A DNA stretch of 64,000 bases, taken from positions 221 to 64,220 of the forward strand of contig WFMW01000020.1 of assembly GCA_015488885.1 (NCBI GenBank), given 5' to 3'. The position numbers and the translations under genes were made by a program. The notes below the pieces were generated by a model that was given only the letters and a program-made list of their open reading frames with translations, was not told the DNA's origin and did not search any database. Positions 11,152-22,827 of the stretch are shown piece after piece; the first letter of the stretch is position 1; every line of letters starts with the position of its first letter. Source of the DNA: Gammaproteobacteria bacterium (lineage in GTDB: Bacteria; Pseudomonadota; Gammaproteobacteria; SZUA-229).

Positions 11152-11814
11152 TCAGGGGGTAATAATCCAGAACTGTTTGCCTTCTACCCAGCGCCTTCTG
11201 GTTAAGGGGTTTTCGGTGCAATAACGGCTGTATGTATGGTCGATAAAACGGTAGGCTAGTTGCTCATCGCGTCCTGCAGGAATACCCAGACGGGTTGTCT
11301 GGATAATTTTTTCCGGTTTGTCATTAATGTCATCAATATAAAAGCGATTGGCATCAAATACCTGCTGATCCCAGCGGGTGACTTTCAGATTCAGTGCCTG
11401 GCATAACAGTGTCTGTCCACGGCATAGTTTTTCTGCCGGGCGGATATCACCTGATGCTGTGGGATTTAACTGCTGCATGATCGACAGGGCTTTTTTACTG
11501 CTCAGCGTATCGCTAAATGGAAAGGCTGATTTAATCAGTACCGCATTTCCGGTACCTTTGCTGCTTATATTTAACGAATCTTTGCCACGGGCATAATACA
11601 TATAAATCGTACCGGCAGGCATAAACAGTGCTTTACGTTTTGCCGTGTAACCGAGTGAGGCATGGCTGCCTTTCTCCTGCAGATAATACGCTTCAGTTTC
11701 GATAATACGTGCGGCTAGCCAGTGTCCGTGATAGTTTCTGCGAATGACCTTGCCGAGTAGTTTTCTGGCAAGCAGGCAGGCATCACAGTTAAAAAAAGCT
11801 GTTTGAATCATCAT
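11152..11814 (-). CDS. DNA-3-methyladenine glycosylase (Mpg/AAG family)
   Basis: 220 aa with ETEAYY and surrounding MPG-family motifs. Confidence 0.8.
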   Translation of the reverse strand: MMIQTAFFNCDACLLARKLLGKVIRRNYHGHWLAARIIETEAYYLQEKGSHASLGYTAKRKALFMPAGTIYMYYARGKDSLNISSKGTGNAVLIKSAFPFSDTLSSKKALSIMQQLNPTASGDIRPAEKLCRGQTLLCQALNLKVTRWDQQVFDANRFYIDDINDKPEKIIQTTRLGIPAGRDEQLAYRFIDHTYSRYCTENPLTRRRWVEGKQFWIITP

Positions 11815-11931
11815 CCTGAATTAAGCCGAATATTTCATGCAAACACTATAAATAGAGTAACTACTCAGCGAGTAGTCAAATGTAACAGTAACGGCATAAT
11901 AAATGGTTATATGACATTCTGATTTCAACAT

Positions 11932-12804
11932 TTACAGAAATAAAGTTTCAGCCATCACTTCAAGTTTTTCAAGTTGTTTAAATAAACGTTGATGAATTTT
12001 TGTTATTTCAGTTGAGCTGATGGCTAATGGTGTCAGTTGATCTTCAGGTATCGACACGGGCTGATTTTGTTGTAAGGCTGAAACTATCAATGTAGTGACT
12101 CTCATAATCACCGCCATGTCCTGGCTTGATTTTTCAGCATCTTCATCAATAATCTGGTAGGCCATTGCATCAATGAATATCTGTGGGAGCTGCCAGCTTT
12201 TAGCTAATAAACGACCTGCATCGCAGTGATTGAAACCAAGCATAAATTGTAATGATTCGTCAAGATGCTCATATTCTCCTCTATTCGTCAGCTTAATAGC
12301 TTCGTTGACTTCTACAGGCAACTGATCCGACAGTAATAACAAACCCAGGTTATGCATCATCCCCGCCGCGCGGGCGCTTACTGGCTTGACTTCTGTAGAT
12401 GGGCTGCTGGCACTTAATAAAGTTGCCCCCTCAGCAGCAAGCAGTGCTGTGGTCCAGAAATATTTACCATTAAATCCGGGGCAACGATTGGCATCAAAGG
12501 GCGAGGCAACAGCTAAAGCAATACCCACGCTTCTGATAATATTAAAACCCAGTCGGGCGCAGGCTATTTCCAGTGAGGTGATTTTATTGACGGGCCCCGA
12601 CCAGGCAGAATTAGCAATACCAATAAGGCGTGTGGCAATAGCAGGGTATAATTCAATTTTTTTTGCAAGCTGGGTAAAACCGATGGAATCATCAGATAAG
12701 GCCTGAATTAAACCGGTAATACCTGGAGGCAGTATAGGAATATGATTAAAATTCAGTCGTTGCAGGACTTCATTTTCACTGTGCAGGGTATTTAGTATTT
12801 TCAT
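11932..12804 (-). CDS. HDOD-domain signalling protein
   Basis: HDOD-like sequence, translationally coupled to the upstream mega-sensor (its start overlaps the sensor's stop at 12804). Confidence 0.7.
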   Translation of the reverse strand: MKILNTLHSENEVLQRLNFNHIPILPPGITGLIQALSDDSIGFTQLAKKIELYPAIATRLIGIANSAWSGPVNKITSLEIACARLGFNIIRSVGIALAVASPFDANRCPGFNGKYFWTTALLAAEGATLLSASSPSTEVKPVSARAAGMMHNLGLLLLSDQLPVEVNEAIKLTNRGEYEHLDESLQFMLGFNHCDAGRLLAKSWQLPQIFIDAMAYQIIDEDAEKSSQDMAVIMRVTTLIVSALQQNQPVSIPEDQLTPLAISSTEITKIHQRLFKQLEKLEVMAETLFL

Positions 12805-15800
12805 CAGTTTGCTTTTGATGTAGGAATGGCTGTGTCATATTCATGCGCCAGTGCCATAAAATTATTCTTTACCAGTGCCGGTATTTTATCGGCACTGACC
12901 GGTTTGCTGAAAAAATATCCCTGAATCATTTCACAACCAAAACCATCGAGCGCAATAACCTGGTCCAGTTCTTCCACACCTTCTGCAACAATTTTATAAC
13001 CAAGTGCATGAGCGACATTTACAATGGCACCGAGAATGATGGATGATTCAGGGTCGTTGAGCATATCAATAATAAATATCCGGTCTATCTTCAGGCAGTC
13101 AATAGGCAGATATTTAAGTGAAGATAATGAAGAATAACCAGTACCAAAATCATCAATAGCTATCTTCAGGCCCATGTCTCTTAGCCGGGTGAACAGTTCA
13201 ATGTTTTCACCCGTTGTCTGTACAACACTTTCGGTAACTTCCAGTTCCAGATCAGTGGCTAGCATACCGGTGTCTGCCAGCACCTGTTTAACCGTATCGG
13301 CCAGTATGGGATCCTGAAAATGGGTAGGTGAGATATTTATCGCCATCTGTAAGTGCGGTAAGCCTGATTTAGACCAGCTGACAGACTGCTTGCATGCCGT
13401 TTTTAATACCCAGTTACCAAGCGTTTTTATCAGCCCGATTCGTTCTGCGATAGGAATGAAATGGTCAGGAGAAATCAGGCCTTTTTCAGGGTGATTCCAG
13501 CGGATGAGCGCTTCAACACCCACCATTCTGCCACTGCTTAAATCCACCTGAGGCTGGTAGTAAAGTTGTAGCTGATCACGTTCAATGGCAAGGCGTAAAT
13601 CCTGTTCTATTTGCAAACGTGTTTCAGCCTGTGCTGTCAGGTCAGGATGATAGAAGGCGTAGCAGTGTCTGCCCTTTGCCTTGGCTGCATACATGGCACT
13701 ATCGGCTGCTTTTAATAGTGTCTGTAAATCTCTGCCATCTTCCGGGTAGCGGGCAATACCAATACTGCAACGTGGGCGAATACTTTGCTTATCAAGTTTT
13801 AAAGGCTGGTTGATTTCGTGCAGACAGCGTTCAGCGAGTGCGGCTGCATCATATTCGTCATAGACATTATCAATAAAAATACAGAACTCGTCACCGCTGA
13901 GGCGAGCCACAAAATCACTATCACGCATCAGGTTCTGTAAACGGCTGGCAATAGCAACCAGTAGCTTGTCGCCGGTATTGTGGCCAAGGCTGTCATTAAT
14001 ATCCTTGAAACCATCGAGATCGAGATACAGTAGATTAAATTTTTCTTCGTGTCGCAGGGCACCTTTAATCTGATTTTCAATATACTGGTAGAAATAGGCT
14101 CGACTGGCAATGCCGGTGAGTTCATCAAAATAAGCAAGCTGGCGAATTCGTTGTTCGGCCTTATGCTGTTGGGTAATATCCTGTACGGTGCCAAGTAACA
14201 CATTGCTGTTTTGGGTAAGCAGGGCAATTTCCTGATGAACAATGGTTTCGCTATTATTATCGGTGATCAGTCGAAAATCAGCTGCCTGGGTTGGTGCACC
14301 ATGCACAGCGGCCATAATACTGTCATAAATAGATTGTCTGTCATCAGGATGAATATGCTCAAGGTAGCTGTTGATGTTACTGCATGCATCACTGTGCGTG
14401 GGGGTGAGCATAGTAATTAACTGGTCAGAAACAATGAACTCATCTTTATTGGCATCCCAGCGCCAGTGGCCTAATTTTGCCATGCGTTGGGCGATAGCGA
14501 GATGTTCTTTGTTTTCATGTAAAGCGATAATGTTTTGTGCCGCTCTGAGCTGAAACTGTAAGCGATGAATTAAAACAGTATAATTAAGCGGTTTACTGGC
14601 AAAACTGTCGGCACCTGATTGAAACGCATGATTCACCGATTCAGTATCTTCCAGTCCAGTAACCATCATAATGGGAATGGCGGCGGTATCGGGCTGATCT
14701 TTTAATTGCTGACAGACTTCAAAACCATTCATATCTGGCATCAGTGCATCGAGCAGAATCAGATCTGGTAAATGTTCGTGTATTTTACCTAGCGCCTGTT
14801 TCCCACTGGCGGCTTCATTAACAATAAAACCGGCACCGCGCAATGCTTCGCCGGTGGTCAGGCGGAAACCCTCATCATCATCGACCAGTAAAATATGTGC
14901 CTTACTGAATTCTGCTTCAGTTGTTGCTGGATTTTCTGTTGTGGTGACAGGTGCTGGTGTTCTTTCAGCAGGTCTGATTGATTCAAGAGTGTTTAATAAT
15001 GAGGGAAGATTATTTTCAAGTGCGCTAATCAGATCATGCATAATATCAAGCTGATTGTTGCGAGCTGCTGTTTCAAGATGTACGCAATAATCTGAAAAAA
15101 GTGTGGCACCCAGTGTAGCGCTACTTGATTTCATGGTATGAGCAAGCATTCTGAGCTGTTCAGTATCCTGATTATTCCATGCGTAACGCAGATCTTTTAC
15201 CTGTGTCGGGGTCTGCTGTAAAAAATGATCAATCGAACGTTGCAGAATATTTCGCCCATTTTTTTCATCCAGCTGGCGTAACATGGACAGGCGTTTTGTA
15301 TCCAGTTGATTAATGTCAGTGTGCTGTGGTGTATCTGTATCTGCGGGTGTTAAATCCATGGCCGCTGCTGTATTTTGTTGTACTGATGTATCGCTGTCGG
15401 GCAGCCATTTTAGTAGAATATCAACCAGTGCAGATTGATGAAAAGGTTTGCTCAGGTAATCGTTCATGCCGACAGCCAGACATTTTTGCTGAATACCTTT
15501 CTGTATATCTGCCGTTAATGCAATAATCGGTACACATTCATTACCGCGTAGATGTTCCAGTTCACGAATTTTTTCAGTGGCTCGATAACCATCCATCGTT
15601 GGCATATGGCAATCCATAAAAATCAGGTCATAATGTTTGCGGGTGGCTGCTTCAAGCGCCTGAATGCCATCTGCCGTTACATCGACCTTACAGCCAAGGC
15701 CATCCAGCATACCCATCGCGACTTCCTGATTAACCAGATTGTCCTCAGCAAGCAGAATATTTTTATTGAATTTAACCGGTTTATGTTCAAGCAGGTCGGT

Positions 15801-17732
15801 ATCTATATCAATAGCCAGAACGTCACATAAGCTCTGGTATAGCTCTTTTTGTTTTACTGGTTGTGGTAAAACCTGTGTGATGACAGTTTGATGCTGATTT
15901 GCAGTGGTCTGACGATAAGCCTGAGCGTTCAGTAATAGCACTGGCAGGTCAGGGATATCTGGATCGGCATCAATCGTTTTAGCCAGTTTGATACTGTCTG
16001 TTTGTGTTGCGCTCCAGTTGAATATAATAATCTGAAAGGGTCTGTTTTTAGTGGCAGCAGTGCGTAATTGCTCCAGCGTTTGTGTTGCTGTGGTAACAAC
16101 GGTATGTGGTATTTCCCAGCTGTTCAATTGCAGGTGAAGGTATTGCTGTTTGTCATTATGGTCATCAATAAGTAAAACGGGTGCTTTGGTTAACGGATCT
16201 GTATTTAATGGTTTTGCTGTCGCTGATTTTGCCTTGTCCAGACTGATTGATAACTCGAAATCAGCACCTTTACCGGGACTGCTATTTAAATGAATCTGTC
16301 CTCCCATTAATTCCGCCAGGCGTTTGGAAATGGCCAGGCCCAGACCCGTACCACCATGATGTCTAGCTGTTGTGTTATTTGCCTGACTAAATGCGTTGAA
16401 AATATTTTGCTGTTGCGATTCACTGATGCCGGAGCCAGTATCAGAGACTTTAATCAACAAGGCTATGCGATTATCGTCAGGATTGGCAAGGTTTGCATAC
16501 AGATTGACTTCACCTTTATCGGTAAATTTAATTGCATTACCCAGCAGGTTAATTAAAATCTGGCGTAGTCTTATTGGATCACCAAAAGCAAAGTCCGGGA
16601 GTTCTGGTGAAAGGTAATGATTAATGTTAAGCCCTTTTTTATGTGCCTGATCAACAACGATGTCAACCGTATCTTCAAGCAGATCCCGTAGCGGGAAATC
16701 TCTGTTATTCAGCTGTAATTTATTGGCTTCAATTTTGGAAAAATCGAGGATGTCGTTAATGACATCAAGCAGATTTTCAGCTGAACGGTATGCGGTGCTT
16801 GCCAGTCGTTTTGCACGTACATCCAGTCCACTATTGAGTAACAGTTCAGTCATACCCAGTACCCCGTTCATCGGCGTACGAATTTCATGGCTCATGGTGG
16901 CAAGAAAATTACTTTTCGCCTGGCTGGCTGCTTCAGCCTGTTCTTTAGCGGTTAATAAACTGTGTGTGCGTTGTTCAATTTTCTGTTCCAGTTTTAGCCG
17001 ATAGTCAGCCAGTTTTTTATCGCGTTGATCGAGTTGTTTTACCATGCTGTTAAAGTTATTCATGATAGTACCAATCTCGTCATTATCAGCGGCTGGTTTT
17101 AGTTGAATACTAAAATCCTGTTGATCCGAAACCTGCTGCATGGCAGCCAGTAATTCCTGAATAGGTCTGGAAAATCGTTGCTGTAAACGATTAGACAGAA
17201 AGTAAACAATGAGCATGATAGAAAACCATAGCACTGAAATAATAAGTAGATAGCGAGCTAATGTATCAAACAGGCTGGACAGGCCTGTTTCTATAAATAC
17301 AAAACCGGTATATTCGCCATGCAGATAAACAGGTTTATAGATATCAATATCATTAAATTCAATTCGGTATTGTGTATGCTCTGGTTTGTCCAGATAGTCA
17401 AGCCAGTTTCGGTCATCTTTTAATGTACTGTGCTTATAGAGCTTGTTCTGGTATGCGGCAAAAAGCCTGCCATCTGCGGTATAAAGCATAGCCGCATTAA
17501 CAGCAGGGTTAGAAGCCAGGGTTGATAGTAAATGACTGGCGGTATACGGTTCATTCCGGGTGAGTGCTGTGGTGGCATTGTCAGCAATAAAACTGGCTAA
17601 TAAATCACTTTGGGTGAGTAATATTTTACGGTGACCAAGAAATTCAAGACTAAGATAAGCCAGTGAGGCAAGCAACAATGCTGCGCCACTGGTTAGCAGA
17701 ATCATAAGACGTAATTTTTGCGCGATTTTCAT
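12804..17732 (-). CDS. multidomain hybrid sensor: TM-periplasmic-TM-HAMP-HisKA-HATPase-(degenerate REC)-REC-Hpt-REC-PAS-GGDEF-EAL
   Basis: 1642 aa. H-box SHEIRTPMN. HATPase G-boxes ([15 protein letters not shown]). REC with [11 protein letters not shown]. Hpt ([13 protein letters not shown]). Second REC ([11 protein letters not shown]). GGDEF (RLSGDEF). EAL (EALIRW…[10 protein letters not shown]). Confidence 0.88.
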   Translation of the reverse strand: MKIAQKLRLMILLTSGAALLLASLAYLSLEFLGHRKILLTQSDLLASFIADNATTALTRNEPYTASHLLSTLASNPAVNAAMLYTADGRLFAAYQNKLYKHSTLKDDRNWLDYLDKPEHTQYRIEFNDIDIYKPVYLHGEYTGFVFIETGLSSLFDTLARYLLIISVLWFSIMLIVYFLSNRLQQRFSRPIQELLAAMQQVSDQQDFSIQLKPAADNDEIGTIMNNFNSMVKQLDQRDKKLADYRLKLEQKIEQRTHSLLTAKEQAEAASQAKSNFLATMSHEIRTPMNGVLGMTELLLNSGLDVRAKRLASTAYRSAENLLDVINDILDFSKIEANKLQLNNRDFPLRDLLEDTVDIVVDQAHKKGLNINHYLSPELPDFAFGDPIRLRQILINLLGNAIKFTDKGEVNLYANLANPDDNRIALLIKVSDTGSGISESQQQNIFNAFSQANNTTARHHGGTGLGLAISKRLAELMGGQIHLNSSPGKGADFELSISLDKAKSATAKPLNTDPLTKAPVLLIDDHNDKQQYLHLQLNSWEIPHTVVTTATQTLEQLRTAATKNRPFQIIIFNWSATQTDSIKLAKTIDADPDIPDLPVLLLNAQAYRQTTANQHQTVITQVLPQPVKQKELYQSLCDVLAIDIDTDLLEHKPVKFNKNILLAEDNLVNQEVAMGMLDGLGCKVDVTADGIQALEAATRKHYDLIFMDCHMPTMDGYRATEKIRELEHLRGNECVPIIALTADIQKGIQQKCLAVGMNDYLSKPFHQSALVDILLKWLPDSDTSVQQNTAAAMDLTPADTDTPQHTDINQLDTKRLSMLRQLDEKNGRNILQRSIDHFLQQTPTQVKDLRYAWNNQDTEQLRMLAHTMKSSSATLGATLFSDYCVHLETAARNNQLDIMHDLISALENNLPSLLNTLESIRPAERTPAPVTTTENPATTEAEFSKAHILLVDDDEGFRLTTGEALRGAGFIVNEAASGKQALGKIHEHLPDLILLDALMPDMNGFEVCQQLKDQPDTAAIPIMMVTGLEDTESVNHAFQSGADSFASKPLNYTVLIHRLQFQLRAAQNIIALHENKEHLAIAQRMAKLGHWRWDANKDEFIVSDQLITMLTPTHSDACSNINSYLEHIHPDDRQSIYDSIMAAVHGAPTQAADFRLITDNNSETIVHQEIALLTQNSNVLLGTVQDITQQHKAEQRIRQLAYFDELTGIASRAYFYQYIENQIKGALRHEEKFNLLYLDLDGFKDINDSLGHNTGDKLLVAIASRLQNLMRDSDFVARLSGDEFCIFIDNVYDEYDAAALAERCLHEINQPLKLDKQSIRPRCSIGIARYPEDGRDLQTLLKAADSAMYAAKAKGRHCYAFYHPDLTAQAETRLQIEQDLRLAIERDQLQLYYQPQVDLSSGRMVGVEALIRWNHPEKGLISPDHFIPIAERIGLIKTLGNWVLKTACKQSVSWSKSGLPHLQMAINISPTHFQDPILADTVKQVLADTGMLATDLELEVTESVVQTTGENIELFTRLRDMGLKIAIDDFGTGYSSLSSLKYLPIDCLKIDRIFIIDMLNDPESSIILGAIVNVAHALGYKIVAEGVEELDQVIALDGFGCEMIQGYFFSKPVSADKIPALVKNNFMALAHEYDTAIPTSKAN

Positions 17733-18022
17733 ATTTTCTGCATATTTTCAGACAGGTTTTCAGTAAACGCCCTGTAGCAATATTATCATCTGGTGTAATG
17801 ATAAAATAAGGTATTGTAATAATTTGCCCCATTTAAGGGGGAGAATGGATGGTAAATTAAACGTTAATTTTACCGTTTTAATTTTTTTATCAATGACATC
17901 ATTTTTTCAAATCAGGCACCGATATAATAAAAACCATTATTATCAGTCTTTTCGACATACTGGTGGTTTTCTTTAGCGGTTCCTTGACCTGATACTATTT
18001 GTAAGGCTTTTCGTAAGGCTGT

Positions 18023-18565
18023 TCAGGCATCTGCCTGCTCATTTTTCAATGTTTGCAGGTAATGGAACAGCTTTCTGGCGGCGGCGGGTGGTCTGGCTTT
18101 TTCCTGCTCCTGTCGGGCACGACGGATAAGCTGGTTGATCTGTTGTCGGTTGACACTCGGATTATGCTGGATGATTTCAGTTAATACCTGTTTATCACCT
18201 TCAATTAAACGGTCACGCCAGCTTTCCAGACGTTTAAAGGCAGCGGTATTGGTGTCGTGTTGGTGTTTGATTTTATTCAGATGTTGTTCAATCTGCTGGT
18301 GGTCAATATTACGTAATAATTTGCCAATATAAAGACGTTGGCGTTTTAAACCGCTATTAGATTTGATTTTTAACGCAGTATAGACAGCCTGATTGAGTTC
18401 ATCGGGTAGATTGAGTGCGGCAATTTCGTCTTTTTTTAATGCCAGAATAGCTTCGCCCAGTTTAACCTGTTGATGAGCTTCCTGTTTTAATCTGGTTTTA
18501 CTGGGTAAAGTTTCGGCCTGGACATTTTTATTATCAGCATGGTTATCAGCATTTTTATTAGCCAT
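18023..18565 (-). CDS. yjgA: ribosome-associated protein YjgA (DUF615)
   Basis: C-terminal region is YjgA-like. The start was trimmed to the Met that avoids overlap with the upstream gene. Confidence 0.7.
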   Translation of the reverse strand: MANKNADNHADNKNVQAETLPSKTRLKQEAHQQVKLGEAILALKKDEIAALNLPDELNQAVYTALKIKSNSGLKRQRLYIGKLLRNIDHQQIEQHLNKIKHQHDTNTAAFKRLESWRDRLIEGDKQVLTEIIQHNPSVNRQQINQLIRRARQEQEKARPPAAARKLFHYLQTLKNEQADA

Positions 18566-18566
18566 T

Positions 18567-19415
18567 CTATTCATCGCTATCATCATCCGTTTTTGCATTG
18601 ATGACCGGCTGATTATCGAACTGGACTGACTCAAGTTGCATACGTGAATTAAGTTTACCGTCACGGTAATTTTCTACAATAACCGGTAAATTATGTAAAG
18701 CCGGAGCCAGCCATACATGCAGTACGCGGGTCTTGTTTTTGTTGCTGCGAACCATCTCCAGTAATTGCCAGGATTTACCGGCAAAATAATACTGTTTTTT
18801 ATTGCGCAGATTAAAAGTATATTTATCCAGTTCACCATTGATGACTGCCATATATGGATACTGATTTATTGTTTCACGAGCCTGAATCATTAAAGGAATC
18901 TGAAAAGACAGAATGTCCCATACTGGCCCCTGAGTATGGATGTTGACCGGTTTACTGCGAGAAATACCGGTGATTGTCGTACGATTGTTAGTGTGGTTCA
19001 GCCTGATATCTTCATTACGATTTTTTTCCCTGCCGGTTTGTCGGTAAGTAAATGTCTTTAGCCATAAGCGGCCATTGTGTTTATCGACAAGACTGCTGGC
19101 ATCAACGGTATCATTACGGAACAGGGCGGCGATACCATAAAGCCGGGTTTGTTGACTTATTCTGTAACCGTTAGCGGTATAGCGTAAACGATAAATGGCT
19201 TCGGCCAGTTTAATATCGTATTTTGTAATCGCATAATGGGCAATAAATTCCGGCAGTAGCCGTGCCTGTTTATTGTGTTGCTGACTGTTGGCTGCCTGCA
19301 CACTGATATTGGCAGAGAAGAAAAATAAAAATAAAATGCAAATAGACAGGCCAGGAACCTGTTCTCTATTCTCGGGCAGGCTTCTGGGAAGGCGTTTTTT
19401 CATATTATTTTTCAT
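18567..19415 (-). CDS. DUF3108-family protein (signal peptide)
   Basis: Secreted 282-aa protein sitting next to purN, as DUF3108 genes typically do. Confidence 0.55.
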   Translation of the reverse strand: MKNNMKKRLPRSLPENREQVPGLSICILFLFFFSANISVQAANSQQHNKQARLLPEFIAHYAITKYDIKLAEAIYRLRYTANGYRISQQTRLYGIAALFRNDTVDASSLVDKHNGRLWLKTFTYRQTGREKNRNEDIRLNHTNNRTTITGISRSKPVNIHTQGPVWDILSFQIPLMIQARETINQYPYMAVINGELDKYTFNLRNKKQYYFAGKSWQLLEMVRSNKNKTRVLHVWLAPALHNLPVIVENYRDGKLNSRMQLESVQFDNQPVINAKTDDDSDE

Positions 19416-19427
19416 GCTATTTTACGC

Positions 19428-20102
19428 TCATGCCTTTTCCAGCAGTTTCCCTGCGTGCCATAATAACGGTTTATGCAGTTGTCGGTTATTAAAATAGACT
19501 GAATTGTGGTTAATTTTTAATCTGCCATCAATCAGCATAGCGATGGCGAGCGGGTATATCTGATGCTCCTGTTCGAGCACGCGTGCAGCGAGTTGCTGCG
19601 CTGTATCACCGGTTTTAACTTCAACAATTGCCTGTATGACCAGCGGGCCGCTATCAAGTTCTGAACTGACAATATGTACACTGGCACCATGATGGCGATC
19701 ACCGTTTTCAAGTGCGCGTTGATGGGTATGCAGACCTTTGTACCTGGGCAGGAGGGAAGGATGAATGTTTAACAGCCGATCAGCATAATGCTGTATAAAT
19801 CCGCTGGTTAGAATGCGCATAAAACCGGCGAGGATAACCAGCACAGGCTGGCATTTATCGATAGCTGCTATTAATGCCTGGTCAAATGTTTCCCGGCTGG
19901 GGTATTGTGTATGCTCGATAACCATGGTTTTTATACCGGCCTTTTGTGCCCGTTTTAAACCACCCGCGTCGGCACGGTTGCTGATAACGGTACAGATTTG
20001 TGCTCTGATCTGCCGGTTTTCTACGGCCTCAATAATGGCCTGTAGATTACTGCCAGACCCGGAAATCAAAACCACCAGTGAAGGTAACGAAGATATCATC
20101 AT
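19428..20102 (-). CDS. purN: phosphoribosylglycinamide formyltransferase
   Basis: 224 aa with the GSGSNLQAI N-terminus and PurN motifs (HPSLLP). Directly downstream of purM. Confidence 0.92.
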   Translation of the reverse strand: MMISSLPSLVVLISGSGSNLQAIIEAVENRQIRAQICTVISNRADAGGLKRAQKAGIKTMVIEHTQYPSRETFDQALIAAIDKCQPVLVILAGFMRILTSGFIQHYADRLLNIHPSLLPRYKGLHTHQRALENGDRHHGASVHIVSSELDSGPLVIQAIVEVKTGDTAQQLAARVLEQEHQIYPLAIAMLIDGRLKINHNSVYFNNRQLHKPLLWHAGKLLEKA

Positions 20103-20120
20103 ACTGTGATTAATCCAGGA

Positions 20121-21170
20121 CTATGATGCAAAGACTACCCGTGCAGAAGTATCACTATGGGCAATTTTACCCAGCTGCCAGGCAGTTTCACCACATTGGC
20201 TGCATATTTCAAGGGTTTTTTCGGCATCCTCTGCTGCAACAATGACAACCATACCAACGCCGCAGTTAAAGGTGCGGTTCATTTCCTGCAGCTTTACATT
20301 GCCTTTTGACTGTAACCACTGAAAGACAGCAGGAAGTTGCCAGCTATTACTCTCAATGACGGCTTCGGTATTGGCTGGCAATACCCGTGGGATATTTTCC
20401 AGCAGGCCGCCCCCGGTGATATGAGCCATGGCATGAGGTCGGATCTCAGTGAGCAGTTGATGAATGGATCGTACATAGATACGGGTAGGCGCAAGCAGGG
20501 CATCACCCAGCGTCATATCAGTATCAGTAAGTTTCTGGCTCAGGTCAGCCTGGTTGACTTCAATAATTTTACGAATCAGTGAGTAACCATTAGAATGCGG
20601 GCCGCTGGAAGCCAGGGCAATCATAACATCACCTGCCTGCACCCGGCTGCCATCAATAATCTGCTGTTTTTCGACAACACCGACACAGAAACCGGCCAGG
20701 TCGTAGTCACCTTCGCTGTACATCCCCGGCATTTCTGCCGTTTCACCGCCAATCAGGGCAGCGCTGGACTGGCGGCAGCCTTCTGCAATACCTGCTACCA
20801 CATCGGCAGCGATTTGTGCATCAAGTCGGCCGGTGGCGTAATAATCGAGAAAATACAGTGGCTCGGCACCCAGTACCAGAATATCATTGACGCACATGGC
20901 AACCAGGTCTATGCCGATGGTATGGTGAATACCCAGTTCGATGGCCAGTTTCAATTTGGTGCCAACGCCGTCGGTGCCGGAGACCAGCACCGGATGCGCG
21001 TAACCCTCGGGCAATTCAAACAGCCCGCCAAACCCGCCCAGACTGCCCATGACACCGGGCCGACGGGTGCTGTCTACACTGGCTTTGATTTTTTCGATAA
21101 AAGCATTGCCGGCATCAATATTAACGCCGGCATCACGATAATTCAGGGATTTAGATGATTGACTGGACAT
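20121..21170 (-). CDS. purM: phosphoribosylformylglycinamidine cyclo-ligase (AIR synthetase)
   Basis: PurM motifs ([22 protein letters not shown]). The start was moved to the Met that matches the PurM N-terminus. Confidence 0.92.
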   Translation of the reverse strand: MSSQSSKSLNYRDAGVNIDAGNAFIEKIKASVDSTRRPGVMGSLGGFGGLFELPEGYAHPVLVSGTDGVGTKLKLAIELGIHHTIGIDLVAMCVNDILVLGAEPLYFLDYYATGRLDAQIAADVVAGIAEGCRQSSAALIGGETAEMPGMYSEGDYDLAGFCVGVVEKQQIIDGSRVQAGDVMIALASSGPHSNGYSLIRKIIEVNQADLSQKLTDTDMTLGDALLAPTRIYVRSIHQLLTEIRPHAMAHITGGGLLENIPRVLPANTEAVIESNSWQLPAVFQWLQSKGNVKLQEMNRTFNCGVGMVVIVAAEDAEKTLEICSQCGETAWQLGKIAHSDTSARVVFAS

Positions 21171-21411
21171 AATTGTTTGTACTTTGTTAAAAATATTCGG
21201 CTTGTCTGATTGTGTCGATGTGCTATTGTACACGTTCCTTGAAACGTGATAAAAATTATTGTTATTTTATTGTTATCATATTGGTATTTATTGTTATTAA
21301 TACAGGTGATTTTTCCAGACAGAGACTTTTGTACGCTAAAGACACCAATAAAAATGATCTGGATTATTTTCGGGCTGCATCAATAAATCGCCGCTTGCTG
21401 CTCTTGATCTT

Positions 21412-22767
21412 ATGCAAATACTTATGCAAAAACAGCTATTTATGAAACTGAAAATGTCTTTGCGAGCGTTTATTGTGATCCTGTTTGCGCTCATTTTTCC
21501 GCTTAAATCCTCTTTTGCAGGGCAAAGCCTGAATCTGTATGACGTTACGCTGCCGATCGCCGATGAATCAGTGCTAAGTAGAAACCAGGCTTTTGCTGAG
21601 GGGCTGATGCAGGTTTTTATCCGTCTTTCCGGTGACAGTATTATTGCCACAAAGTTAAAATTACCTGCTGCCAGTGCTTATGTGAAGCAATACAGCTATC
21701 AGCCAGTGGAAAATCCGCCAACCAGTGATTCGGGTGAATTACTCAATTTTCAGCTTACTGTTCATTATAATGGCAGCCGGGTTGCGGATTATCTACGTAA
21801 AAATGGTTTTCCTATCTGGGGACAATACCGTGCCCGGCTGGCTGTCTGGCTGGTTGTGCGCGATGGCCAACATCAGTATATTTTAAAAAATAGTAATCGT
21901 TCGCTTATTAAAACAGCGGTAGATAGAGCCTTGCAGCGACGTGGCGTCGCGGTGGCCTGGCCAGATTATAATAAACAGGATCAAAAATATCTGAGCTTTT
22001 CTGATATTCGTGGCGGGTTTCGTGACCCGCTTGAGAAAGCCTCAGCGAAGTATACAAACGGCCCGATATTAAGCAGCAGTTTTACCTGGAACGGGCATAA
22101 CTGGCAAACCGACTGGACACTACTGTTTAAAAATACAGAACATCGCTGGCACAGTAAAGGACAGAGTTATAATGCTTTGATTCAGCACGCTATCGATCAG
22201 ATTGTTGATACAATGGGGCAGGTTTATGCTATTCGTGAAATGGAATCAGGCCAGGAAGCTGAACCCGTTTACATTAGTGTGCGTGGTATTAATAATATTG
22301 CTGATTATAAACAGGTTAGTGATTACCTGCGATCCATGCCGGTGATAAAGCGCTTGAAAATAAAACAGGTGAATCAGACTGCGGTTGAATTTGAGCTGGA
22401 TCTGCGTAGCCGTCAACAGGCGGTACTCAGGTTGCTAAAAAATGAAGGTAGACTAATTCCGGTTACGCCGCCAGCCGATAACAGCCAGCAGGCAGCGGAC
22501 GGGGTAAATCAAGTGGAGACAGATTCAGCCATGACAGATTCAACACTTGCCAGCCAGTCATCCGCTGAACCCGCTGGGTTAGAATCCATGCCAGTCATTT
22601 CCCCGCATGTTAATACATTGCCTCAGTCTGGTGCTACGCAAAAAATTAATAATCTGGTAGCGGGTAATAATACCAGTGAAGATATTAAGCAGGTTGAAAA
22701 CGGCTCTGTTGTCACGCAAACAGCAGCTGTGATAAAACCGGTTATTTATTATTTTCGCCTGCCATAA
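21412..22767 (+). CDS. DUF2066-domain protein (signal peptide)
   Basis: Sits in the conserved purM / DUF2066-hda divergent arrangement. 451 aa. Confidence 0.6.
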   Translation: MQILMQKQLFMKLKMSLRAFIVILFALIFPLKSSFAGQSLNLYDVTLPIADESVLSRNQAFAEGLMQVFIRLSGDSIIATKLKLPAASAYVKQYSYQPVENPPTSDSGELLNFQLTVHYNGSRVADYLRKNGFPIWGQYRARLAVWLVVRDGQHQYILKNSNRSLIKTAVDRALQRRGVAVAWPDYNKQDQKYLSFSDIRGGFRDPLEKASAKYTNGPILSSSFTWNGHNWQTDWTLLFKNTEHRWHSKGQSYNALIQHAIDQIVDTMGQVYAIREMESGQEAEPVYISVRGINNIADYKQVSDYLRSMPVIKRLKIKQVNQTAVEFELDLRSRQQAVLRLLKNEGRLIPVTPPADNSQQAADGVNQVETDSAMTDSTLASQSSAEPAGLESMPVISPHVNTLPQSGATQKINNLVAGNNTSEDIKQVENGSVVTQTAAVIKPVIYYFRLP

Positions 22768-22827
22768 TTCTGGCGATAATCGTTTTCTGTAGAATTACAA
22801 TGTTGTTATAACGGTTATATTCTGTCT

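Noticed and set aside
12843-17004. Multiple plus-strand ORFs of 60-114 aa inside the 4.9-kb sensor gene
   Set aside because: Shadow ORFs antisense to a domain-rich, well-supported CDS.
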